Below are positions 36,960-49,100 of a DNA stretch of 64,000 nucleotides, piece after piece. Under the pieces are notes generated by a model. It saw nothing but the letters and a program-made list of their open reading frames with translations, was not told the origin of the DNA and ran no database searches. The stretch is from Camelus ferus (Eukaryota), in assembly GCF_009834535.1 (NCBI RefSeq), contig NC_045697.1, forward strand, positions 19,780,001 through 19,844,000, written 5' to 3'. Position numbers and translations under genes: made by a program. Position 1 is the first letter of the stretch; each line of letters begins with the position of its first letter.

Positions 36960-39790
36960 GGTTAGGACAGATTCTCTAGAATTATGTGCATATGTATGCA
37001 TGTATGTATGTATGCCTGTTTGTATGTAGTGTATGTGCGTCTGTGTGTATATGTGTCTTGAGACTAACTTCTTTCAACTAGCTTTGTGCATTAGAGATTT
37101 ATCTGTATTAGGGGTGTATCCATAGTTCATTTCTTTTTATCTCTCTGTAGTATTCTTTATTTGGGATCTTCCACAGCTTATCAACTCAACAGCTGGAGTC
37201 AATTTCCATTTTTTAGTAGTTATGACTATAGCTACCATAAACATTTGTGTATAGATTCTTACATGAACCTATGTTTCTGTTTTTTATGAGCTTCTGTTAG
37301 TTCTGTTAGTGGTGCACAAGGAATTTGTTGATTACATATATGTTGTTAAATTTGTAGGCACAAGTTTGTTCATAGTGTCACCTTTTAGTATATGATATCT
37401 GTAGGACCTGAAGTGATGCCCTCTATATTTCATTTAGAATACTTCTAGTTTCCTTTGAAAGTTATTCTTTTATTCCTGAGTATTTAGAAGTGTGTTGTTT
37501 GCTTCTCATATAATTGGCATTTTTCCAAATATATTTCTGTTATTGATTTCAATTTTATTTTGTATGGCCAGTCAATATACTTCATAGGATTTTAGTTCTT
37601 GAAGTTTGTTAATATTTGTTTTTTGGTTCAGAATGTGGTAGATCTTGGTGAATGTTCAAGTACTGAAAAGAAGGTATACTCTGCTCTTTCTGAGTGGAAT
37701 ATTCTATAAATATCACTTAGGTTCTGTTCGTTTGATGGTGTTATTTAGAACTTTTATATATTTATTAATTTTATAACTACTTGTCCTATCAATTACTTTA
37801 GGATTGTTGAAATAGCAAATTAAAGTATGAATTTTGTTCACTTCTTCTTGCAGTTCTATCAGTTTTGCTTTATGTATTTCATATTTCTGTTTTTAGTTAC
37901 ATACATGTTTAGAATTGTTATGTTTTCTTGGTCAATTGCCCTTCTTAACATTAAGTAAAGTCTCTCTATCACAAGTAATATTTATTGTTCTAATGTGTAC
38001 TTTTCTGATATTAACAAGCTAGCAACTCCATTTGATGAATTAAGTTCAGTATTGTAAATACTAGACATTTTTGCACAGATACAAATAATAAAACACAACG
38101 GTGGAGATAAAATGAAACCAGAAAAAGTATTCAGCCCACAACTAGATAGATAAAGAGGGAAAAATAAAAAACAAATGGAAAACACCCAAAACAACTATGA
38201 AGTTTGTAGATTTTAAGCCAAACGTATCAATAATTATATAGAGTAGAACTGGCATAAACAAATCAAAGAACTGAATTTGTCAGATTGGATAAAAATATCA
38301 AAGTCCAAAAAACTGTCTAGAAGAAATCCACTTTAAATTTAAAAACAGGGATAGACAAAAGTAACCAGAGAAAAAGAATAACACGATATAAGAAATGTCA
38401 TGTAAATATCAATCAAAATAAAGCTGAAATTTCTTTTTCCATTTTATTCTTAGTTTCTAAAATTTCTTATGTTTATGTTATCTAACTTTTTCATGAGAGA
38501 TGTTAAATTATTAATTATAGTTAATTTAAATTCCCTGTCTACTAATTTTGTGTCATCTATGAGTCTCATTCTGTTGAATATGTTGTTTCTTGATGGTGAA
38601 CTGTATTTTTTTTTCTTTGCTTTGTGTGTGTCTATTGATAGTTTTCACTGATTGCCAGAAACAGTGTGCAAAACAGTAGAGACAGAAGTACATAGTATTT
38701 TTGCTTGGAAATGGGCACAATTCTCCTTCTGCTATGATGTTAACATGGGGATTGAGTTAATCTAGACAGGAGTTGAGCTAGTTCTGTATTTTGTTGGCAA
38801 TATTTTTTACCTTCAGTTCACAGCAATTTCAAATTCCTCTGTTCTGCTTCTTTCTTAGGGTGAGGACTGTTGGTCAGGTTTTTTTCCCCACCAACTTTCC
38901 TGCTCCAACCTTGGCCTTGGGCCTTCCCTGTGTGTCTGAACTGCAGATGGGCACTCTCTCTACCCTCTTGTCCTTCTCCAGCAGTAGAATGTCTTCTTGT
39001 TTGTTATTCAGTACTACGCTAACCTGGTGGTGGGTCGTCTGAGATGGCCCTTTGTTGTCTCGGATCAGCCTTATTCTTAGACAAGACCTCTATACTGATG
39101 CCCAGTGAGTAGTAACTCCTCTGTGACTCAGCTCCTTCGTCTGCGGTGGACAATCTCTAATGGTCTGGCCCAGGATGATTTTTCTGCCCCTCCCCCAAAC
39201 GTAGATGGCTTTTCCTTTGTTATTTCTTCCAGTTGCAGTAGGTCTTCACTGTGCTCTGGGGATGGCCGGGCTTTCTCCTTTGTCCTCAGTGGCTTAAATC
39301 TTGTGTTCCTCAGGGTCTCTTTGGGACTTCATTCCTTTCTGAACTGGTGACTGTGCCCCTCCTCTAGACCTGTGCCACCAAAGAAGGCTTTCTTCAGTCT
39401 CCTTCCTACCATTATTCTTTCTTGTGAGTGCCCAATGGAAGTCCATGAAGAAAAACCTGTTAGGGGGTGAAATTTCCCCTGAATCTAATCACCCAGAGTT
39501 CTTCCACTCTCTCGTTACCCTATACTCACCCTTTAGTAATTTGTTAAAAAAAATTTAGCTATTTTTTCTTACCTGCTTGAGTGGAGGTGCTGTCTTTCTC
39601 TTGATGCCAAGGTAAGCCAGTACTTATGTTCATCTCCTCTAGGGGAACCTCGTCATATCCTAGATTTCAGGCTGTTTGTTTACAGCTCTCTGATGGGTTA
39701 AAAAAAAATGAGTATGTGCTTTTAGTGTTTCATATATCATTCTGTTATATTATTTTTCATTTTCATATTTATAACTTTTATACCTTCATT
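36960..39790 (-). mobile_element. Old L1 (L1M) relic with deletions and an internal inverted segment
   Basis: T-rich antisense L1 3' UTR, ORF2 and 5' pieces; endonuclease motif GVA.LLISEK on the minus strand near 38000-38030; 38031-38426 is in plus orientation. Confidence 0.8.
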
Positions 39791-39899
39791 TTGAGTTATA
39801 ATTAAAGCAAACATTTTAGTGATTTTATCTAATTCAGTTATGTAATCTAGAGCGTATTTAAGTAAACTAGATTAATTCTAATTCCTTCCTCAATTTTCA

Positions 39900-40070
39900 T
39901 TAAAAATTTTTTTTCTTTTTAAAGTCCAGTATTTCATCCTTTTTGGGGGGGAGGGTGTGATTAGGTATTTATTTATTTATTTATTCTTATTTTTCAATGG
40001 AGGGGATTGAACCTAGGACTTTGTTCATGCTAAGCACACACTCTACCACTGAGTTATACCTTCCTCCCCC
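39900..40070 (-). mobile_element. Camelid tRNA-derived SINE (Vic-1 type)
   Basis: GGGGATTGAACCTAGGAC...CATGCTAAGCAC...TCTACCACTGAGTTATAC; TSD core CAATTTTCA at 39891-39899 and 40075-40083. Confidence 0.88.
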
Positions 40071-41689
40071 TCACCAATTTTCAGTGCATAACAATTAAAT
40101 TGTTTCCATATTTTAAAGGTTTTTTAAAAAATTTTTACTGCTATAATCTGTATAATCATTTTCCCATATAAATCTTACAAAATATTTAATTCATTTAAAG
40201 TTTTCAAACTTTTACCATTGTTAAATTTTATTGTGGATATTACTATTACAAAATTCAAATTTTCCAGGTCAAAACTTTTAAATCTAGATCTTGTAAATAA
40301 TGCTAAATTGTTCTTTAAAAATGTAGGCAGTAATGATTTTATTTTGTATTCTTTATTAGATATAATCAGTATCATTCTATGTTGACTATTTCTACTTAGT
40401 CTATTTTTTTTCTGGGATAATTTTTGTAAATTTTAATTGTAATGAATGGATATGAATCTATTTATGTTTACATTTACAGTATATTTTAGTTTATACATTT
40501 TAGTTGTTGTAATTTTCCTGTTTATTTTTACAGTGATATTTACTAGGCATTGGATAGAAGCTTATAGTTTAGTGTCTGGAGCAAATAGCGACAAACATAA
40601 ACAGGAAAAGGGCATTCAATGTGGACAAATATTGCTATAGGAGAGATATGGAGACATCATTTCAGGCTATAGAAGGGGATGAAAAAGTCTAATAAAGGGC
40701 AAGAATCATCAAACCAATGACAAGAGAAAGGGTGGACAGGTATAGAGACCAACACAAAAGAAATAATGAGGCTATACTGGAAAAATAGGAGACAAGCTCT
40801 ATTAGAGACAGGTTATTAAACATTTCAGAGTGGCTTACAGAGCTTGTGAATAGTAATAGCAAAAAGGGCCAAGGTGAGGAATAGCTTGTGCTGGAATCTG
40901 CAAACCCTCCCCTCCTTCACAGACATCTGAGGAGAGGTTTGTAAGCAGTAATACTGGAATACAAAATTTCCTTGGAAATATATTCCTTCTATAAATACGA
41001 ATCAGTAAAATAAAGTGTGTGCCGTGCATCTTGTGTGGGGACTACATACTTCTGCCTGATTCTTTATTAGTAGTGCTGTGGCCACATACACTAAATAAAT
41101 AATATGCAATCTTTAAGTATGCTTTGGAAGGCTTTGTAGAATTTGTATATAGAAAAAGAAAGTAAATCGATTATTCACACACAAAATTGAACAAAGGTGA
41201 AGGCAAAGATTTATAAAATTTCGCATTTTCCAATATAATTGTGGGTGTGTGTGCGTGTGCATGCACATGCACTTTGGTTAAGAGAATTGCTGAGCAGTAA
41301 TTTAGTCAGATAATAAAATGCACTGCTTTTGCTTATATTTTTTATTTCTTCAATGCAGTTTTACATGTTCAACACACCTTACAGTTATGTGTATTTTGAT
41401 TATTTTGTAAATACCCACATCACCCCTAATGCTCTCTAGCATCAAAAGAATAGGCTTAGTCCTGTCTTCAGCCAGACTCAGAGGAAAATACTTCTCACAG
41501 ATTTGCACATAGATTTCACTCATTACTGATTTTTTCCCATAATCACCCCCAAATTTTGACTCCTTTTGCATCATGCTACTATTGTTAACAATTTTCAATA
41601 AAGAACAGTATAACCTATTACAAAAACAAGTAGAAGGAAAAGAATCTGATGTCCATGTGGTACGTGGGAGTTTTATCTTCTTCATAAAT

Positions 41690-42770
41690 TCAATTCAACT
41701 ATTCATTCCTTCATCTGAAGATATTTCTTACACACCAGAAACTATTCTAGGTACTAAGGAGATGGCGGTGAGTAAAACTGACTCAATCCCTGGCTTCATG
41801 AATGTCAAATTCTACTTGGATGAGACAGAATATACACAAACAAGATAAATTTATTTGTTGATGACAAGTGCACTAGTTAAAAAAAACACACACACAGAAA
41901 GGAGGATCAGGAACAAGTATTAGGAGAGGCCATTTTACTTGTCACTGAGGGATTAACTGAATTGTAGCAACATCCTGATGGGGATCTGGGAGCAAACCAC
42001 TCATATTTCAAGAAAGAGTATAAAGACAGTAGAGAAAACAAAACCTAACTTTGGTAGATGCATGCTTGATCTGTCTGAGTTAACAAAAACAAACAGCCCC
42101 CCACCCCAAACCCAAGTAAGCCATTGTAAGAATCTTGGCATTTACTCTTGTTGGGACAGGAAGGTGTTAAGAGTCTGCACAAAGGGATGAGGTGATGTGA
42201 CTATTTCAGTGGGATTGCACTGGTAGCTTTATGGAGCATAGTCCTTTGGCAACTAAGAGCAAAGGCAGACACCATTTAGCTAGCTAATGGGTCATGGTAA
42301 TGGCCTGTTTCAGTGACTTTGTGTGGGGGCAGTGAGAAATGGTCAAATTCTTAATATATTATGAAGATAGAGGTGGCAGATTATCTTGATTGGTAGGATA
42401 AGAGAAAAAGCAAGGATGATTTAAAGTTCTTTTCTTTTTCCCCTGAGCAACTAGAAGGACAGAGTTCCCATTAAACAAGAGGGGGAAGGCTATATAATAG
42501 GTTTGGAGGGAAAGATCAATATTTCAGTTTTGGACACATCAATTTTGAGTGTTCAAGATGAGATAAACAGACAGAATAAGTAAAGTTATATAGGCAGTTG
42601 AATATACAAGTCTGAAATTTCAAGGGAAATCCAGACTGAAGGTATAAAGTTTGAGGTCGTTACCATCACCATCATGTATTTAGTATCAAAGTCATTATAT
42701 TGGATAAAGTTTTCTAGTTAGTGAGTATACACTTCCAAGTGAGCAGAAATAATTTAAAGAGGTATAACGG
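41690..42770 (-). mobile_element. L2 LINE (about 1 kb)
   Basis: Antisense L2 terminus followed by CCTGAGCAACTAGAAGGACAGAGTT...TTCAGTTTTGGACAC...GGCAGTTGAATATACAAGTCTG. Confidence 0.8.
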
Positions 42771-44436
42771 CTCATTTGAGACTCAGAGACAAAAAATAAC
42801 CATTGAAGAATAATGAGAAAAAAGAAAGAATCCTATTCCACTCATAGTCATTGGCTACTTTTAAATTGCCAGGCATTTTAATATGTGATTTAATTTAATG
42901 ATTGAAAATTGTATATAGGAAAGGAAATGATCTGCCTGCTATAAATGAGGAAAATAATTTGGACGGATCATCTTACTCAAGGACACATATTTTAAGTAGT
43001 CAATATTGTATTTGAATTCTGGTGTTGGGATTTCAAGTTAACTTTGCACTATTCAGGTAACTCATGGTCCCTTCAATGTTTTTGTCTTTGGATTCACTAG
43101 ATGAAATTATCAACTCTAAACAGAGGCTTAAATATTACAAAATGAATACAGTTAAGCACCGGCCACAACAATTTAGTAAACATCATTTTGGCCATAATCT
43201 GAGGTGATACTAGTAAGTTTGGAAAGAGTTTGAAGTGTATAAGGAGGATGAGAGAATTTGAAACAAGCAAAGGACAGTAGGCAGGACAGATGGAAAACCT
43301 GGGGCTCTGCACATGTAAAGTAGACTTGAGTAGGTTGCTCAGTAGAATTCCAGGGCTGCCAAGGATCAGGATGAGGCACTGAGTTCCTGTCATATATGAC
43401 ATGAACATGATATTTTTCTTAGATGTGAAATGAATAAGAAAAAAAGAACACATCAAGCTTTAACGAAAGTTCAGTAAACACTTATTAAGTACCTACTAGT
43501 GAGATGATGGAATCTATGCTGGTTCAAAGATACAAATGTAATCGTATGATGTGATCATATCTCTTGTTTTTTGTTTTCTACTAATTCTCAAGTACCACTG
43601 CAGGAATTTCAAAATCCCCATTGTGTACACTTTAGTGCTTCTGCATCCGTGTATTTCATGTCAGTTTCTATAGCTATAGCAGTGAATTAAGAAGAAATAA
43701 AAGAAAAAGCCTTTCACTTGGCCTTTTTCTATTCATTGCTAAAGATCTCTTCTAGTGAGAATAACTTTGAATGCTAATAATTTGCATTATGGATGTAATT
43801 TTTGAATAGAATCATTATGTATCTTGTAAACACAGGTGTTTAGAATTTAGACCCAAATGGATCCCTCTGTGAAAAAGAGGAGTTGGTAAGTTATAAAATA
43901 TCTTATTTTCTCTGTCTCATTTGCTATCTATGTATAACACTACCCTGGTTTATAATATCAGTTTTCAGCTATGTGTGTGGCACAGTGATGTCTGGTAAAG
44001 TTTCATTTATCATTATTTATGAATAGATTCTATGGAGCATAAAACTTGCTGAAAGCTCACAGGTAAAAATATTTCAGGACAAAAGTGAAGTTACAGAGGC
44101 AAGCTCTGCTATTTAAAGGTTCCAGAACCAACTGAGCAGTAAATATGAGTCTGGAGTTCTTATCATCCTAGTAACAGTACCTGCGAGTCACAGTGGACCC
44201 ACAACACAGCCAATCCCCCAGCACTGGAAGCACCCTGAGGAAAATGCTTGCCTGCTCTGCTTTTGCTGGACAGTGGTCTCTATCTGAAATTATATTATCC
44301 CTGACTTGACCTAATTATTTGTATCAGTACAAAATCCTGGGAATTCATTTGACTTCCAGGATCAAGAAAGGAGACTCTGGAATCCTAATCAACTTCTGTT
44401 ACCCTCCTTTTCATGAATACTTTTTTGTTTTAAGTT

Positions 44437-44800
44437 AATAGTTCTTAAGTGTAGTTCATGAATACCTGGGGGTCCCGGAGATAATTTCAGGTGATTTGAA
44501 GATTAAAATTTTTTTCTATAATGATATGAAAACATCATTTGCCTTTTTATTATGTTGACATTTTCCCTGATGATACAAAAGCAATGGTAAAAAGCTCTTA
44601 TATTTTATGTTGTTACTTGAAAAAAAAGCCTAAAATATTATGGTTATTCAAGCTTGAGATTTTGGTATACATTTTCTCCAAATGTATGAAGTGAGTGTCT
44701 CAACTGGCAGGAGCTGTTGGCACAATGTGAGCTTCCCAGAGAAAATGAGAACTTTGGAAAACTTGACTCAACCACTGTGAGCTTGACAGCTTTTCAGTAC
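44437..44800. mobile_element. hAT-Charlie DNA transposon fragment
   Basis: TAGTTCTTAAGTGTAGTTCATG...CCTGGGGGTCCC...ATTTGCCTTTTT...GTTGACATTT...CAAAAGCAATGGT resembles a Charlie-family end. Confidence 0.6.
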
Positions 44801-44801
44801 A

Positions 44802-45363
44802 TCTACCAGTTTGGTACCACCGTGTAACAAGTCATAAACTTAGTGGCTTAAAATCATAATCATTTATTAGCTCTCAGGTCTATAGAGCTGAGGTCTGGGT
44901 ATGGTACAGCTGAGAGCTTAGCCTTACAAGGCTGAAATTTAGGTGTTAGCCAGGCTGCATTCCTTTCTGGAACCTCAAGTCCTTTCCCGAGCTCATGTGC
45001 TTGTTTGTAGAATTCAGTGGTTGTAGGACCGACCCCACTTTCTAACTGGCTGTTGTCCAGAGGTCACTGTCAATTCCTAGAGGCCACTCTCAAATCCTAC
45101 CATGTTCCTTTCCCCTCCGACTTCCAGTCCAGTAATGGAGAATTTCCCTCCTGTCAAATCTCAGTCTTTAGAAAGAGACTAGTGCCTGTTAAGGGTTGAC
45201 CTATTTATAATTAGGCCAGTCTTACCAAAAATAATCTTTTCTTAAGGTCAGCTGTGCCGGGTAGCATAACTTCATCATGGTAGTGAATCTCATCACATTC
45301 ACAGGTTCAAGGAGAGGGTAGTGTACAGGATGTATACTGATGTTGGATACCCCCCACCTCACA
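44802..45363 (-). mobile_element. MaLR LTR (MLT1E/F-like)
   Basis: GTAACAAG...ACTTAGTGGCTTAAAA...CAAGGCTGAAATTTAGGTGTTAGCCAGGCTGC...TTCCTAGAGGCCAC. Confidence 0.8.
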
Positions 45364-45914
45364 AGCTCTGTATCATGTCATTCCTGAGCACAGAGTGGAT
45401 TTGTATCTTTAGGTCTGGATTACAGTTTCCTTTCAACCTTCAGAATGCAAATAGCCTTACTCTACCACTTCTCAGACAACTGGGTTATTCTCCAATCTTT
45501 AAAACAAAAAATTACTCTGTGCCTGGAGGAAGCTCATTTCCACCCTTCTGGGGAGATTACCTCCCCGCAGAAGAAACTAAAGGGCCCGAAGTCCAAAATG
45601 CTCAATCTTACCCTGTCTGTGTTGGAGTGTTCATTACAGTAAATTTAAGATAATTTTCCGATACTGCTAGGAAAAAGGAAAGGACAACAATGAACAAATG
45701 CTCTTGCTGTTAGGATTCTTGAACACAAAAATGTATCTGAAGCAGTCCTTGCTTCCCCCAAGAATCTTACAATACGGCAGAAGGCAGAACTCTAAACCTA
45801 ATTCTATTGTTAAATGAGCCCTATTCTAGTTTCCATACTGGTTCCCAGAGTTTCTATATTATATGGAAATGATCTGTCTATGCACTGGTCATTGAGCACT
45901 CCCACTTTGCTGGG

Positions 45915-46180
45915 TATTTAATAATGACAATGAGGATGTGATAAAATGAATCACATATATATATATATATCATTTACTTTCCTTAGCATTATAACTTAGT
46001 GCAATATTTCTGTGGTACCGGTATTATTCCAATTTTATAAACCAGGAAACTGAGGCACAGAGGAGTTGCATATGGTGTCCCACATCCTGTGATCTCACAG
46101 ATAGTAAGGGACAAATTTAATTTACACCTGAGGTAGTCTAGTTCCTGAGACTGAATTCTCAGTCTTTATACCTTGCTGCC
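45915..46180 (-). mobile_element. MIR SINE
   Basis: TATTATTCCAATTTTATAAACCAGGAAACTGAGGCACAGAG, the antisense MIR core. Confidence 0.7.
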
Positions 46181-48194
46181 TCTCTTAAATCTCTGAAAAT
46201 TATTTAAAAAACCATAAACTTCAATATGATAAACACTATATATGAGTGTTATTTATAATATCAAATGTCCAGTAAATGCCATAAGAGTCTCCCTATAACA
46301 ATTCTCAGGCATCCTTGAGGTTTCACTTTTATGGGAAGAAAAATGGCAGGAGAGACATAATTAACTATAACCATTTCTTGTGAACCTAGCTGGGTGCTTT
46401 TATATGCAATTTATAGAACAGCTAATATTCATACATTCATCAATAGAAATTATCTGTTAATCTTCTTGAAAGTAATGGAAGGCTAAAGTTCCAGATTTAT
46501 TTTTTTCTCTCTCCATCCTAGAACTGAGTCAGATAATCTCTTCCCAGGACTTCAAGGATAGGTCACTTCCTATACAAATCATTCCTTTTTATATCACCCA
46601 AAGCAGCATTTTTCACTATCAGTCCGTTTTCTCAGGTAAATCTCTATTGTTGTAGAATTAAGGTCCTGGAGGTTGGTCCTACTGGCCATCTTCAGAAAAT
46701 GAAATGACCCCAGAATGACCCCCCCTCTCTTTTTGTCTTTTTTGGCATGAAAGAGTAATAATTTGCTTTTGATTATACAGCATCATTAAATATTGTCATT
46801 AGAAGAGGCTCTGAAAGCCATGTGGTCAGCGTGACAACAAAGACACTGAGTCTAAGAGAGTTTAGATGAGTTGTTAAAGTTCACACAGCTAATTACTTGC
46901 ACAGCATGGATAAAACAGAGAGCTCCTGATTCAAAGTCTAGTGGTCTTCATCAGGATGATGTGATACCCAGGAAAGCCGGTACGTATTAATATAATCACA
47001 TTTCATGACAGACCTCCATGCTGTGGGTATCTGACAATAGAGACTAGACTATAAAATTTATTCTCCTTTCCCTTTAAGGTTCTTAACAAAGAGTTGAAAT
47101 GAAAGAAATTCATATTCTTTTTTTTTATATGAAGCTTTTGTTGACTTGAATAACAATCATAAAGCGGTGAAAACAGAAGTTCTTCAACTTAATTATAGAT
47201 ACACTAGTAGTTCTTTGTAGTCAACTCTTAATTTGCATGTCTAATGTCTTGAATTATCTTTCCACATTTAAATTTATTAAGAGAAGAAAAAAGTGATTGT
47301 TAAACAAATCTACATACATTAAGCAAAGCTTTTTTCCCTCTCTGCTTTGAAAAATACCCTGTTCCATATTAGGGTTTAAATAAATGGCAATATTTATTAA
47401 TTCACAAAGACTTATATAGCTTTGTGATTATGAACAAGGGAAAATATTAGAAAAGGTAAAGTTAGCAAAAAAAAATCTTTAAGCAAAAATTCCATGTCAG
47501 TCAAAAACATTAAAGCTTGATGCTTTGAAATTCCAGTTGCTAAGCCTTGGGCACAAAACAAGAAACTAACGAGGTTGACTGAATAAAGCACACACATTCA
47601 TGAATAGTTGGCAGGTTTTGAAAATGTTAAAATATGAACGTTGGGCTTTATATATGTATAAATATGTATTAATGCTTGTATATAGGTATTTAAAATTATT
47701 TACTGGTGCCATTCTTTAGGAAAATAGGAAATAAAAAATATTTCATAGATTGAAAATGTGATAAAAGAAACAGAAAATGAAATATTTGGGACAAAATATG
47801 GCACCTATGATGGCCATTAACTATCTAAGAAAGGTTAAAAAGTACTTTCTTGACATTGAATATTTAGGTAGAGTTTGAAATTTAACTTTTGCATTTCCTT
47901 TTTCTTAATCAAATGTGGTGCTATGCCTACCAAGCAATGCTCAGACAAGGCAGAGCTGTCATCAGAAAGCCAGTTTGAGACGGGGAGGATGAATTTCTAC
48001 TTACAAAGAAAGGACATGGCAGGATCTTTCAGCCACGGTTTTAGAGTCAGACCTTGAGTGAAAAGGGCCGTTAGGGCCAGTATCAATTCAATGTCACTTT
48101 GGAAGATATCAATCAGGATTGCATCTCTGGAGAGATGTTTCATTTATTTATTTATACCATTTACTAAACTAAAAAATTCATCAACTAGATCTAT

Positions 48195-48295
48195 TGTGAT
48201 TACTTTGCAATATATAAAAATATTGAATCATTGTGTTATACACCTGAAACTAATATAAACTATGTCAATTACAACTCAATATTTTTTAAAAAAAT
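48195..48295 (+). mobile_element. Very short L1 3' tail
   Basis: ATATTGAATCATTGTGTTATACACCTGAAACTAATATAA...TATGTCAATTA followed by an A-rich tail. Confidence 0.8.
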
Positions 48296-48866
48296 ATCAA
48301 GACAGCTCTAGAAAAGTACTATTTTAATTGCTTTCCCTCCAAAGGCAATTTTTTTTGGACCAAGTCAAGAATGCTATGGAAGGTTTTATTATGTGAAAGT
48401 CTCAACATGTATTGGATTGGCCCCTTTTAATTCCACAGCCCCTCCTTCCATTCATGTTACTATCTCTTAATTCTACCTGCTTTACCCTAATCTTCCTTCT
48501 TAAATGTGCCCCTATTCCACTATACTATTTTATCCACTGTAGCCTCAGAGCTTTCTTCTGAGACAGTCTCATATTTGAAATGATACTCTCCTTTCATCAT
48601 CCTTGTACGATGCTATTAGTACCATATTCCTGGATATTCAATGGAGTCAGAGTACTTTTAAAAAAACACACACACACGCACCCCAGATGCCCCTTAAACC
48701 TCAAAAGTTTGCAGGCAGATTCAGATGAATGAGCATTATGTCAAACTGTCTTTAGTACTTTTACACATTTTACTTCATATAATTTCCTGTTCTATGCATC
48801 ATTCTTGGATTCAGCACTGGTGTTTAACATCTTACAGATTAATGAAAAGGAGGATTTCTAGATTTA

Positions 48867-48893
48867 AACAACAACAACAACAACAACAACAAA
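48867..48893. repeat. (AAC)n microsatellite
   Basis: Seen directly. Confidence 0.9.
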
Positions 48894-48959
48894 ATACTCT
48901 GTGTCTGAATCATATCCTCACATTGTTGGAAAAGACATAACTCATCTAACCTAGTCTCT

Positions 48960-49100
48960 TTCCAAAGTAGAAATCCTTAATCACCTCCTGAAGGGCCAGC
49001 AGCCTTTTCTTGAAGGGTAAAAACTAGAGAGAGTTTAGTACTTCTCAAGACAACTCATTCCATTTTTGGCTCAAATTCCTTGTTAGAGCATCCTTCTTTT
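48960..49100 (-). mobile_element. L3/CR1 fragment
   Basis: CAGCCTTTTCTTGAA...TACTTCTCAAGACAACTCATTCCATTTTTGG...TTGTTAGAG resembles the antisense CR1 3' region. Confidence 0.5.
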
